In this document: piece after piece, positions 28,981 to 45,231 of the stretch
Layout: each line of letters starts with the position of its first letter
How positions within the stretch are numbered: position 1 is the stretch's first letter
NCBI GenBank assembly: GCA_951406725.2
Contig: OX597832.1
Location: 70,804,001-70,868,000, forward strand
Direction of reading: 5' to 3'
Length of the DNA stretch: 64,000 bases
Source of the DNA: Octopus vulgaris
Taxonomy: Eukaryota
Position numbers and translations under genes: made by a program
Notes under the pieces: generated by a model
The model's input: the letters and a program-made list of their open reading frames with translations, nothing else
Told to the model about the DNA's origin: nothing
Databases searched by the model: none

Positions 28981-29146
28981 TTTCCTCTATTTACATAATA
29001 TTGAGGTCTCTTTCTTTCTTTTGTTATCTTACTGTTTTTACCAATATACATATATATATATATATATATAAATATATATATAGTTACAGAGATGTACTTG
29101 CATAGCAAGTGACTTGATCTGAGATCGTGTGCTGGAACGAAAACAG

Positions 29147-29405
29147 TTGCAACGTTGAAGGTGTTTATAAGCCATTTAAGAAACACACAAAAACCGTTAG
29201 ATTCACTTCAACATTTAAATTTAATTTGTCAAAATATTTTCGTCGCTTTGAGACCGCGACCTGTTAGCACGATATTTTTGTCAGTGAACAGGTCGCGGTC
29301 TCAAAGCGACGAAAATATTTTGGCAAATTAAATTTAAATGTTGAAGTGAATGTAACGGTTTTTGTGTGTTTCTTAAATGGCTTACAAACACCTTCCACGC
29401 TGCAA
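29147..29405. repeat. Inverted repeat (119-bp arms, 21-bp spacer) carrying a hammerhead-like motif
   Basis: Arms 29147-29265 and 29287-29405 with a few mismatches; (TA)n nearby on both sides. Confidence 0.9.
29277..29327 (+). ncRNA. Type-I hammerhead motif with G3-C8 core
   Basis: TTTGTCA-GTGAACA-G-GTCGC ggtctcaaa GCGAC-GAAA-ATAT-TT-TGGCAAA. Confidence 0.6.
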
Positions 29406-29469
29406 TATATATATACACACATATATATATATGTATGTATGTATGTATGTGTGTATATGTGTATGCATG

Positions 29470-29705
29470 TATGTGTGTGTGTGTGCGTGTCTGTGCTTGT
29501 GATTGTCCTCCACCACTGCTTGACAACGAATGTTGATTTGTTTACATCCCTGTCACCTAGTGGTTTGACAAAGGAAACAGATAGAATAAGTACAATGCTT
29601 ACAAAAATAAAAGTGGAGTTGATTCATTAAACTACAATTCTTCAAGGCATTGCCCCAGCATGGCCACAGACCAATGGCTGGAAAAAGCAGAAGAATAAAA
29701 GAATA
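29470..29705 (+). mobile_element. 3' half of the SINE family seen at 32849 and 47733
   Basis: tgtttacatccc...gatagaataagtac...gccccagcatggccacag tail. Confidence 0.65.
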
Positions 29706-29770
29706 CATTCTCTGCTTTGGTATTATGTTCAAGGCATGAGAAAGCTTGAGTTTACATGAGAAGGCCTAAC

Positions 29771-30034
29771 AGACCTGGTAGAAACAGCAGCCAAATCTCC
29801 CTCAAATCACACCTTACTGTCTTATGTATGTATATATATATGAGCCAATGAGGGGGACCTCTACATGGTAGCTAGACCTGGTAGATATAGCAGCCAAATT
29901 TCCCCCAAATCACACCTTACTGTCTTATCTGTGTATATATGTATGTATGAGCCTATGAGGGAGACCCCTACATGGCAGCTAGACATGGTAGAAATAGCAG
30001 CCAAATCTCCCACAAATCACACCTTACTGTCTTA
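29771..30034. repeat. Three tandem copies of a unit of about 105 bp
   Basis: agacctggtagaaacagcagccaaatctccctcaaatcacaccttactgtctta recurs at about 29771, 29874 and 29980. Confidence 0.8.
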
Positions 30035-30139
30035 TCTTTCTGCTACTTGGATATAGGTCTTATATTCGTCGTAAAAAACTTTACTGTCACACACTCACGC
30101 ACACGCACACACACACACACACACACACGCACCCTCACA

Positions 30140-30170
<31 letters not shown>

Positions 30171-30683
30171 TCACACACACGCACGTTAGCTTACAATTTT
30201 ATTATTTATATATTTGCGTGTCTATGTGTGGAAATAGGAAGTGGGAGGCAGAGTGAAAGAATCACTCACTACAGTAAGTGAATTACTTTCATTTTATTCG
30301 TTGCCCACTGTGTGTGTGCGTTTGCGTGTGGTGTAAACCAGACTAAGAAAAGCATTTGACACACACACCAGAATGTGAGATTTCTGTAATTTTTGCTTAA
30401 TTGGAGTTTAAATTTTAAAAACTGGACCTGGCATGACGCGATGCATTCTACTCTTAAAAATGCTAGGTAAATTGTAATTGAAGAAATCCTATATTGTAGA
30501 TTTCTATAACTCCCAAAGGGAGGCAGATAAAATCTGCCTTTTATAATAAGATATATACATATATATATATATATATAATAATAGAAATAATATAAGGGAA
30601 TAAATCCAAACTTACAGGGAAAAATTAGATTTAGGATTAAATCCAATAGTATAAACATATTATATTATATTATATTATCTCTA

Positions 30684-30728
<45 letters not shown>

Positions 30729-31228
30729 CACCTCCTTCTAGAAGGAATATGGAAAAATATTTCATAACTAAGCTCTCCCCCAAATTGAATGGCTGAAAAT
30801 ATCTCTATAATAAGCTGTACCAAATTTGTTAAGTAAAGTGTATTAAACACACACACGCACACACAGTTCTACACATATGTTTTGGTTTTTGAAAATACAA
30901 TATTGAACAAAGGATATTCTAATATTTGAATGAAACCATTTCACTTTAATTTGTGGAACCAGTTGCTCATATATGATAAAACTTAATATTTATTTAACTG
31001 TCGATCAGTGAGATATTAGACTAAATCAACTGAAGATCAGAAAACAGACCCAGTAGTTGTCAGTTTGTATTCTGTCATTTGTAACTTCAACACAAGAAAG
31101 TCTCTTTTTCAAGTATGGACTTTATGAAATTTTACTCATCATACATTGAAGGACAAATCTTTCAATTTACAATTTAACATAGAGGAGCATTTAGTATATA
31201 TATATATACATACATACATATATATATG

Positions 31229-31627
<399 letters not shown>

Positions 31628-32261
31628 GTATAAATATCAACACAATTATTTCTTCTTCCTTTTTTCTTCCTCTTCTCCTTTCTTCCCTTCTCCAAACTCA
31701 GAAACACCCCCACACATCACCTCCACAAAACAATAATAAAAAGAATTCTTCTTCTCTAAACCCCAAAACCATTTGACCATCCCTCATTAAACACACACAC
31801 TCTCTCACAATGATAAAAAGGAAATATAATTTATGGTCTACCTCCCCGCCACCACACTCAACACTATGGAATGGTCAAAACTGAAATTCTTTTTCCCCAA
31901 GATCTTAGAACCCCCCTTGGAGTAAGCATCCTGTCCAGCAGAGCAAAACAATTTTTTCTTCTTCCCTCTCCCTTCAGTACTTCTTCCAAATACAAAAACA
32001 CACACACATGCTCTCTCTCTCTCTCTCTCTCTCACTTTCTGCTCATCCATCACCCTCTTGTACTGTCTTATATTCCTCCCCACCACTACAAACTCAATAA
32101 CACTATGAAATGGTCAAAACTTTTCACACAGGAACTTAGTTCGATTTGAAAACCCCACTAGAATGGGAGAAAGCGCTAATACATGATATAAGTTAAATGA
32201 TGTATAAAAACATGTAATATACAAAGAAATATCTGTAAATATAAAACCATCTCAAGAGATT

Positions 32262-32748
32262 AAAACTATATTCCCTGGAGCGTAGGCGGGAAAGATATGC
32301 CATAATATACATCTGGAAGATCCTGGAGGGACGTCTCCTAAACTTTGGCATTGAGAGTTACGCAAATGCCAGAACTGGGCGCCACTGCGTGGTGCCTAGG
32401 ACTCCAAACTTGCCATCAAGATGTAGGACAAGATTCTGTGATAGCCTGGGCTTCCGAGGCCCACAGCTCTTCAATATCCTCCCGAAGAACCTGAGAGACC
32501 TGCATGGGGTGGATGCAGATGTCTTTAAAATGAAACTGGATCTCTTCCTGTCAGGTGTCCCAGATGAACCAACTTCACGGCAGGAGGTGCAGATGAAGGC
32601 AGCTGCATCGAACTCTCTCATGCACCAAATGGCAGTTGCTAAAAAGCTTTCGTGAAGTAAAACCAAGTAGCAACACCAAATGGCGGTGCCCCAGCATGGC
32701 CACAGCTCATAAGCTGAAACTAGAATCAATCAATCAATCAATCAATCA
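32262..32748 (+). mobile_element. CR1-like LINE 3' end with (AATC)n tail
   Basis: YSLERRRERYAIIYIWKILEG...FRGPQLFNILPKNLRDLHGVDADVFKMKLDLFLSGVPDEP. Confidence 0.85.
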
Positions 32749-32815
32749 TCTGAATTTCTGAGTACCTCATTTCTTCTAATATAAAATACCTGTACATCAT
32801 CTCCAAACCTTCCAA

Positions 32816-32848
<33 letters not shown>

Positions 32849-32850
<2 letters not shown>

Positions 32851-33222
32851 TCTTTACTCTTTTACTCTTTTACTTGTTTCAGTCATTTGACTGCGGCCAT
32901 GCTGGAGCACCGCCTTTAGTCGAGCAAATCGACCCCGGGACTTATTCTTTGTAAGCCCAGTACTTATTCTATCGGTCTCTTTTGCCGAACCGCTAAGTGA
33001 TGGGGACGTAAACACACCAGCATCGGTTTTCAAGCAATAATAGGGGGACAAACACAGACACACAAACATATACACACACACTTATATATATATATATATA
33101 CATATATACGACAGGCTTCTTTCAGTTTCCGTCTACCAAATCCACTCACAAGGCATTGGGACTGAACCTGAAACCATGTGGCTGGTTAGCAAGCTACTTA
33201 CCACACAGCCACTCCAGCGCCT
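32849..33222 (-). mobile_element. tRNA-derived SINE with CR1-like 3' tail (internal deletion)
   Basis: Near-identical to 47733-48146. Confidence 0.85.
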
Positions 33223-33344
33223 ATATGTATATATATATATACTATTAAAGGGGATGTAGCCTTTTTCTCTACAGAAAAAAAAACTCCATCAGGAATTGTT
33301 GCAGTATATTAAAAGAACCTTTACGATTAAACATTATAAATATC

Positions 33345-33908
33345 TTATAAGCAAGGGCTAAAGAAAGTTTTTCTAAAGCCAATATACTGAAATCCACGTT
33401 TAATCTACTTGCGGCAGAAAGTTGAACTGAAATTCGGGCAACTATACCTTTGGAACATTTAAATTTCGTTATCTCAATATTGAATCAATTTCGGAATTAA
33501 CACCATAAGGGTTCGTTCGTCTTCAGTTAAGCTTACGAGAGAATATAAGTGAGATACTCACACGTGCCTACAATATGTAGCGGCGGCAAGTCAACATGTT
33601 GTTCTGAGACTTAACCTAAGAACTTTTATTTTTGGATATAACGGGGTTACTCAGATGTGCTTGTGTTATTCGCTTACGCTGTTTTCCAGAGGCACATGTG
33701 AGAGTCTCACTTACATTCTCTCGTAAGCTTAACTGAAGACGAACGAACCCTTATGATGTTAATTCCGAAATTGATTCAATATTGAGATAACGAAATTTAA
33801 ATGTTCCAAAGGTATAGTTGCCCGAATTTCAGTTCAACTTTCTGTAGCAAGTAGATTAAACGTGGATTTTAGTATATTGACTTTAGAAGTACTTTCTTTA
33901 GCCCTTGC

Positions 33909-33914
<6 letters not shown>
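33345..33914. repeat. Inverted repeat (225-bp arms, 120-bp spacer) with a hammerhead-like motif in each arm
   Basis: Arms 33345-33569 and 33690-33914; (TA)n at 33225-33240 and 33915-33940. Confidence 0.9.
33728..33786 (+). ncRNA. Type-I hammerhead-like motif (mirror copy at 33473-33531, minus strand)
   Basis: CTTAA-CTGAAGA-cGAA...TTCc-GAAA-TTGAtTCAA-TA-TTGAG. Confidence 0.55.
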
Positions 33915-33940
<26 letters not shown>

Positions 33941-33944
<4 letters not shown>

Positions 33945-34052
33945 CCTGCTCGCTTAGCCAGCGGCATGGCGTCATTCGAAGGCTAAAACAATGCGAACGC
34001 ATTGTGACCAGCGATGTGTAACAACATCTGATGGCCTGGTCGGTCACGTGAT

Positions 34053-34058
<6 letters not shown>
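33941..34058 (+). mobile_element. SINE 3' fragment
   Basis: Reverse complement of about 31229-31330. Confidence 0.7.
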
Positions 34059-34123
<65 letters not shown>

Positions 34124-34263
34124 GATAGATAGATAGATAGATAGATACATTTATGTATATATATACACACACATATATATATACACATATATATAATATA
34201 TATATATATATATAATATATATATATAAATATATGTATATATATGTATATATATGTATATATG

Positions 34264-34296
<33 letters not shown>

Positions 34297-34358
34297 CTTG
34301 TGCTGTCTTTCGTGTTTCGTAAAGTAACATATTACAATTTCCACTTGCTGATTTTGAT

Positions 34359-34392
<34 letters not shown>

Positions 34393-36131
34393 CGTATGTG
34401 TGTGTGTGTGTGTTTACGTGTGTGGTATTGAGAAAGGACAATGTCTTGGATTTCAATCCCATAAGAGGACGCGTTATCTTGTTGTTACACTGTTATTACT
34501 GCACCTGCGCCAAAGATGTAAGTGTGCGTCTGTATTTGCATCTTTCTATCTCTGTGTCTGTGCGCATGCATGATGTATGTGTGCCTGTCTATTGTACTTG
34601 CGAGTGTGTATATTTGTTTGTGTGCTTACGACGAGAAATTCGTGAGAGAGAGAAGAAGAAGACAGTGTGTGAATGTTCGCAGATATATAATAACATGCTA
34701 CACGACACGGTGTATAAGATACAATAATGTCAATGCAACCGACTTCCAGAATATTAAAAATACAAAACAATCCATTAAATTTTGGGCATCTTTCTTTTTT
34801 CTATTTATATTTCATTTATTTATTTTCTCTGCGTATATCTTAGGAAAATTTCACAGAGAAAGTGCGAAAATGTGACCAGCATTGTAGTAAAGGAGTCTGG
34901 GGATTTTGTGTCACGGAATCCTGTAATTGGATTACGACGATTGGATTACGAAGATCAGTTATAGATGTGACCATTATTTACATTGATGACGCCATCTGCC
35001 ATGCATGAACAATTATCGTTTGATGGATTCTATCTCTGGGGATAGGTGTCGACACCTCAATAGCTTTCACCAGTTTTCATAGTTATGCTAGGACGAAGCT
35101 AATGGCGTTCAAGCACATTCAAAGTTCGTCTTCGAAATGTTTTGAGGGGATTTAATTCACACTGATGGCTGGCTACAATTTTACATGGACGTTTTTCTGC
35201 TGCAGGAAATATTCAATGAGCTCTAGGTGTTTGCTTTCTTTTGTTATCCTACAAAAAGCATAATTTTAAACGGAGAGCAATCAAAAGCAGAACGAGTGGT
35301 TCCTAAAAGCTGGTCAGTGTGACACTGACTTGATAACTTTGGCCCGACACATTGGTCTAATCCAATCTTACCCCAAACCATAGCGTTTGAACCATACTAT
35401 AGGTTTTCCTCAGTCGCAAATGTATTATTAAAACACTTTCTTTGTGTTTAAAGCAGCGAGTAAGCAGAGTTGTTTAACTGTTGGATAGAATGTTTTGTGG
35501 TATTTATTCCGATTCTCTGAGCTCTAAGTTCAAATCTCGCCGAGGTTAACTATGTCTTTCATACTTTCGGTTCGATTTGAAAAAAAGTAAATCATGCCAA
35601 TCGAGAGCGATGGACTGATGGAAATGGTAGAGCACCGAATGAGATGGCTTGTCGTATCTGTCTTGTCTCTGAGTTGAAATCTTAACCCGTGACCGAGAAA
35701 CATTGTCACTCTGACAGAAATAGCCACCAACAGATAATTTCATCAATTTGAAACACAAACCGGAAAAAAATTTGGGGGGTTTTACCGAAAGGCCACCTCC
35801 ACCTAGGATTCGCACTGTTCTAACCGATCCCTCAACCCTTTTAACTCTGGTGTGATGCTAATGAAACCACGAAGCAACTTCATTGCAGCTTCTGTTATTT
35901 TATTCTTCCCCCTGTCCACTTAATTCCCGCTTCATGTTCGATGTCATTTAATTCGTCTGCTCCGAGGAGAGCGGTTTATTTCAAATTGATGTAATGCTTT
36001 CATTGATCGAGTAAATAGAGCTGCTTGAAACGGCCATATTCGAGTAAATAGAGCCGCTTGAAACGGCCGTATTTCACCGATATCTGGGCATTCTTGTTAC
36101 TTATTTGCTGTTTGTACATACATATATATAT

Positions 36132-36360
36132 ACGAGAAAAAAGCAACAAGAATGGATTAGTTTTTTAGTACAATTGTTTCATACAAAGACAGGCTTTATT
36201 AAAAGCTGCAAATATTGCAGCAAATACAAGTGTCCCGTACTCATCAGCTAAAGTACGGACACTTGTATTTGCTGCAATATTTGCAGCTTTTAATAAAGCC
36301 TGTCTTTGTATGAAACAATTGTACTAAAAAACTAATCCATTCTTGTTGCTTTTTTCTCGT
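36132..36360. repeat. Near-perfect palindrome (arms about 108 bp) centred on a hammerhead core
   Basis: acgagaaaaaagc...gtac tcatcagctaaa gtac...gcttttttctcgt. Confidence 0.92.
36164..36252 (-). ncRNA. Type-I hammerhead ribozyme with canonical CUGAUGA core
   Basis: TTTAG-CTGATGA-GTAC...long stem II...GTAT-GAAA-CAATTG-TA-CTAAA. Confidence 0.75.
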
Positions 36361-36474
36361 TTATAATCATCCCACATTATTGTATGGTTAATACCATATA
36401 GTTTTCTGGTGCATCTAAGTTAAGTACCGCATTCAAGTGAATTCATTAGAACTGACTTGAATCTTAATTGCTTT

Positions 36475-36518
<44 letters not shown>

Positions 36519-36699
36519 ATGTATGTATGTATGTATGTATGTGTGTGTGTGTATGTATGTATGTATGTATGTATTTATCTATCTATCTATATATATATAT
36601 ATAGATAGATAGATAGATACATACATACATACACACACACACATACATACATACATACACACACACATACATACATACATATATATATATACATATATA

Positions 36700-36735
<36 letters not shown>

Positions 36736-37278
36736 TGTATGTATGTGTGTGTATGTATGTATGTATGTATGTATGTATCTATCTATCTATATATATATAT
36801 ATATAGATAGATAGATAGATAGATACATACATACATACATACATACATACACACACACATACATACATACATACATACATGCACACACACACACATACAT
36901 ACATACATACATACATACATACATACATACATACATACATACATACATACATACATACATACATACATACATACATACATACATACATGCATACATGCGT
37001 ACATACAGTCCCCACACATTAGTGTGGTGTGTTTGCAACGAATAATTGTGCAAAGGAATAGTTAAAATTGTTTCAAAGCCGAAACGATGCAGATTTGAAA
37101 TAAGAAGAGAAAAACCGAAGGAACACGAAACCATTTAACACTCAATCTTTCCTTTCTCATGAAATCCAGCAAATACATTTGAAGCTTTGTTTTGACAGCT
37201 TTAGTTTTGCTTCCACTTTTTAATTTCAAATTTTCATTTCACAGGCTTTCAAACTGTCTTAGCAATATATATGCATGC

Positions 37279-39470
<2,192 letters not shown>

Positions 39471-39471
39471 T

Positions 39472-39780
39472 TTGTTCTATGGGCTTCCAAAAATACACAA
39501 GAGTCAAATTATCACAGAAGCTTGCAAAAAGTCCACTTCAATCTGCATCACTATACCACATCCCACTGATCTCAGACTGAGACCAATAGTAGCAGGCCCA
39601 AGCTGTGAAACACACAGACCTAGCAACTTTATCGATATCATCCTAAAACCAATACTGAAACACATTCCAAGTATTGTAAGAGATGACCTGAACCTATTAA
39701 ATCATCTCCCCAAACATACCGATAAAGACACTTTAATCGTCTCCTTTGATGTAGTAAACCTTTACACTACGATCCCACAT
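39472..39780 (+). pseudogene. PLE reverse transcriptase N-terminal fragment
   Basis: FYGLPKIHKS...LRPIVAGP...FIDIILKP...IVSFDVVNLYTTIPH. Confidence 0.85.
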
Positions 39781-40644
39781 ATGTTTGCGTGTGTGTAAAC
39801 ATAGGCAGGCATATACATATATATACTCTAAAACATATATATGTATACATATATGTATCTGTGTATGTATGTGCATGTGTGCATGTGTGTGTGTATGTGT
39901 GTATGTGTGTGTGTGTGCGCGCATCTGTATTTGTTTAATGATAGTTTGAATCAGCTCCCTATTACTTATACTCGAACTAAGTATGCTGAGCGCTACTTTC
40001 TTTTGATTCTTCACTCATATATGTGTGTGTATGTGTGAATGTATAAGCGCACACACACACATATATGTATATACATGCATAAGCATAAAGATGTACGTGT
40101 GTATGTATATCTGTATATATATATATATATATATTACCTGTATCTATTTTCCATACTAAAGCCAGGCTATTAACCAAGAGGAATCCCAGCAGCTTCCTTC
40201 AACGGTTTGACTTCCATAATATTAATGACAGTGAAATGGTATTTTTTCTTTAGAATCATTCGTCGGTGTTGCTGTGTGAAGGTGTGAATGAGCAGGTAAT
40301 ATATTTTCTATCCAAACACCAATTCATGATGGACGTTAACCGGAAGTAGTGACATTTAATGAACGTTAATAGCGATTAAGTTGTTGCCGTCGTCGTTATT
40401 TGTTTCGTTGTTGTGTTGTTTTGTCGCTTTTATTTCTCATGCATTTTTATTATTCGTTTACTTCTGTTATTGTTGTTTGTGTTGTTGTTGTTGTTGTCAT
40501 TGTTATTATTGTTGTTGTTGTGGATGATGATGATGATGATGTTTCCTGTTGTTGCTGTAGTTAATGATTTTTTTTTGGTTGCCATTGTGATTATTGTTAT
40601 TATCCTTGTTCATATTATTTTTCTTGTCGTTGTTACTGCCGCTA

Positions 40645-40704
<60 letters not shown>

Positions 40705-42138
40705 TTATTGTTGTTATCAGTTGTCAGTATTAATGTTATCCTCCATGCTTTTGTCGATATTATTGATAATAATCATGAGGGCGATATTATTCTTGTTGAT
40801 GTTATTCTCTTTGCTGTCATCGGCGTCGTCGTCGTTGTTGCTGTTGATGTTGTTGTTATCGCCGGTGTCTTCAGAATTATTGCTGTTTTTGTTGTATTTT
40901 TTGATGATGATGATGTTCCTCTTATTATTATTATTATTGTCGTTGTCGATGTTGTTGACTTCTTCAAAACTTCTGCAGATCAATCGATCAATCAATCAGT
41001 CAATCGATAGGAATCAAATAAGTTCTTATTAACAATATAAAACAATATATTGAAAACATTTCACCTCCGCAAACATCGTCAAACCCAAAATATCGATTTC
41101 GAAACCTAATAAAATTATCTTTCCAGTTTTTTCTACAAATTTCTTTATTTTTCTTTATTTGTTTATTTTTACTTAATTTCGTCCTTTTTAAAAAAATCTA
41201 ACTTCCTTTTAAATATTTTCTTGTACTTTTGCTAAATTTTTGTCAAACTCATTTTTTAAAAACCATTTCTGTTTTGTTTCCTTCTTGTTTGGTTATCTTA
41301 AATCGCTCATTCTATTTTCTTATTGTTGGCTTTTATGTTAGTTTCATAGAATTATAATTTATTTTTGTTCTTGTTGTTGTTTGATTGGTTAATGTAGTTG
41401 TTTTTGTTGCTGTTATTCGTGTTGTTGGATTCTTTGGGTTGATTCATAATTCCTTTGATTAAAGAAAACAAAATAATATAACTTCCTGACTAAAAGTCAT
41501 ATTAAAATAAATCGGGGTGTCATTAATCAAGAATAATTTTGGTACACAGATATTTTAATACAAATGTGCGCGCACATGAATGCGTGTGTATGAAAGTGCG
41601 CCCACATCTGCCCGCATATACTTACTTCTGCATGTGTTGATGCTTAAGGTGCGAGTGTGTGTTTCTATATTTGTCTATTTCATCAGTCAATATAGGTTTG
41701 TTATGAATAGACTTGGCCGAAGAGAATCAAGTGCTTTTGGCGTTAAGTTCGAAAGCATTATACCAGGTTAACTGGCCTTTTTTCTTGCAATTTTGAAAAG
41801 GTAAACGCAGTCCTTATTCACTTAGTTTTTCCAACCATGCGTGAGAAAATCTAGTGTTAATTTTTGTGGCTTCGGAGTATTTTTGACTATTATTTTTAGC
41901 AGAGCTGGTGCTTCATAGCGCCCAAACCCTGGTTTACCAATTACGTTACAGTTGAACATCAAACGTAATAATATTCAACACTTTTTGTAAAAGGCAATAA
42001 ACCAATATATTCATTGGATTTTATTATTCCTTAATGAAGTTTTTAACCGTTAATTGAATATTTATATGTGTTTTATAAATATTTATATATGTGTGTGTGT
42101 ATGTATATATGTATTATGTATGTATATATGTTTGTATG

Positions 42139-42169
<31 letters not shown>

Positions 42170-42192
42170 ATATGCATGTATATATATATATG

Positions 42193-42267
<75 letters not shown>

Positions 42268-42341
42268 AATTTATATAAAAGAAGAAAAGGAAAATGGAGA
42301 TTGAGAAGATAATAACTGTTTATTATAAACAGCAAATTAAT

Positions 42342-42429
42342 CCTCTTTACTTACAGCTGTTTCACTTAATACACAGTAAATATTAAGTAAATATTAAATT
42401 CATGACCTGATCATAAGATCTTCAGAGGG
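42342..42429 (-). ncRNA. Hammerhead-like motif with expanded domain II
   Basis: CCT-CTGAAGA-TCTTA...TAAGT-GAAA-CAGCTG-TA-AG; stem I is weak. Confidence 0.45.
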
Positions 42430-42666
42430 CAAAAAATATACCTTTGGATGTTTTATATGTGTTTATGGATTCATTATAGAAGACTGAATCATTAACTTCC
42501 CGATCTCCATATTCTTTCTCTTCTTTTATATGAATATAAACTATATGTTTTATATATATATACCTTATTATTTTAAGGAACTGAATTTTCCCAAAATACT
42601 AGGTATTGAACCCGTTTTTCCTTGGATGTAAGCATCCCTTCATGAAGTTAACACAACCTCTGATCG

Positions 42667-42738
<72 letters not shown>

Positions 42739-43135
42739 ATATGCATATACACACATACATAAAACGTTATACATGTATAAAAACGTACATACATGTATAC
42801 ATATATACATGTACACGTGCATGAACACATGCCATGTAGATAGATAGAGAGAGACAGAGAAAGAGAGATAGATAGAGGGAGTGAGGAAGGGACGAGAGAG
42901 AAAATGATGGAGGGAGTTATGGAAAGAAAGAGATAAAGAAGTGATAAGAAAATTACCAAAGAATCTAAAAAGTGACAGCAGGAAAATAAAATAGTTTTAA
43001 AGAAAATGAATGTCAAACATGAATGGAAGAATGCATGTGTGTAGAAATATATAAATGTGGGTGGGGGTGTACGCGCCCGTGTGTGAGCGTGTGTGTATTT
43101 CTATAAGTCTAAATGCGTGTATACATATATATATA

Positions 43136-43166
<31 letters not shown>

Positions 43167-44172
43167 ATGTATGTATGTATGTATGTATGTATGTATGTAT
43201 GTATGAATGAATATATATATGTAAATATGTTTATATACATTTATATGTAAATATACATACATTCACACTCATAGATATATACATATGAATACACAAAACA
43301 ATTGAATTCTTATCTCGTTTTATATCTGCATATAAAAGTGTGTGGGGGGGAGTTTACGTGAGTGCACCTTTGTGCGTGTGTGGGTGTGTATACGTGTATG
43401 CATGTGCATATGTGCATGCGTATATGTAAACAATGAAAAATAACCGAACTCAAACAATAGAGCAGCTATCCACTTAGCTCTCAGCAAACAGAAACTGACA
43501 AACCCATCTCATTCTTTCCTGCATCTAAACATTATCTGTCGTCGTCGTCATCCCATCGCCCCAACCTTACTTCCACCATTACGCCTGCCTGATATGACAG
43601 TTCCGATATAAGCAAGGGTACGCTTATTGTGTTTCTTAATATATCGCTGAGGTTATTGTTAGCTAAAAGAATATATACACTCGGTACAGTTTCTATTCAT
43701 TTAACTTAATTCGTTTTATCCTAAGGTAGCTAATGGTGAAGAAGAATCAGTCAAAGTTGGCCGTCGTTATATGTAGGAAGACTGTATGTGTAGAAAGGAA
43801 TGTAGGCATGTGCGCGTGCGTGTGGCTAGATGTAGGGCGATGCTAGGTATGTAGGTGTATGCTTTGTGTGTATCAATGAGTGTCTATTATGTTTGCGTGT
43901 ATTAATACACACACACACATACATATATATATACATATATACACATATATATATATATGTACATACATATGTATACATATATATATATATATACATACAT
44001 ATATATATATATATACATATATATGTAGATTTGTGTATGTATATATACATACGTACATGCGCGCATACGTCCGCGTGTGTGTAAATTTATTGGCTGTTTC
44101 CAGAATGAAATCAATACACATACATCACATATTAAGTATTGAGTAACCATACATATATATATATATACATAT

Positions 44173-44245
<73 letters not shown>

Positions 44246-45187
44246 CATATATACACATATATATATATATGTACATATATATATATATATATATACATAT
44301 ATATACACACACACACACAGCACATTCATAACACATACAACACATACAATACATACACACGCACACGAAATAGACACGCGTGCCCGCACGCACATGCACA
44401 CGTCTATAAATGGCCATTGAAATAAATTAGCCTGCGTACATACATACGTACATGCATACATGTCTATACATAAATAGATACATAGCGACATCGGTGAATC
44501 TTGTTGGATAAAAGAAATCTACAAACCAGTTTAAGAAAAACTAGGATGATATCGGCACAACCATTCCCCTCACCCACAAAAACAACAGCAGAATCCATTC
44601 TTTACACAATAAAGTATAATATGCACAATGTCACCACCACCATCATCATCATCATCATCATCATCATCACCACCACCACCATCATCATCACCACCACCAT
44701 CATCCTCATCACCACCACTACCATTATCATCATAATCATCATCATCATTATCATCCACAGCCTTATTATCATCACCTTCCATGCACCATCATTCATCAAT
44801 CAACAACAACGACAACAACACTGACAAAAGGATATTTGCTATTGTTCTAAGATGTTATATATATATTCTGTTCGTATTAACATTCTGTGCGAATATGTTA
44901 TGAAACAGCCCTCGAGGAACCAATGTAAACTAAGAATATAGAGTCTCTTCGATAATAGCTTCTTCTTTTTTTATTTGCTTGTTTATTTATTTATTGAGTT
45001 CGGAACTATTGTCTGTTAAAGTCGTTCCCGTCGTAGAATTTGTGGTGAGGACCGCATGAATTTATTGAATTACTGAATATCAGAAAAAGAACAGCGGTGT
45101 AGCAGATTAAGGCAATAGCTGAATGACGGTTTGCTTGTTTCATACATTTATGTTTGTTTTACATTTTTTTATCACCCTCTCTCAACA

Positions 45188-45231
<44 letters not shown>

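Noticed and set aside
29771-30034. Repeat-spacer pattern resembling a CRISPR array
   Set aside because: The spacers are homologous to each other, the context is eukaryotic, and there are no cas genes
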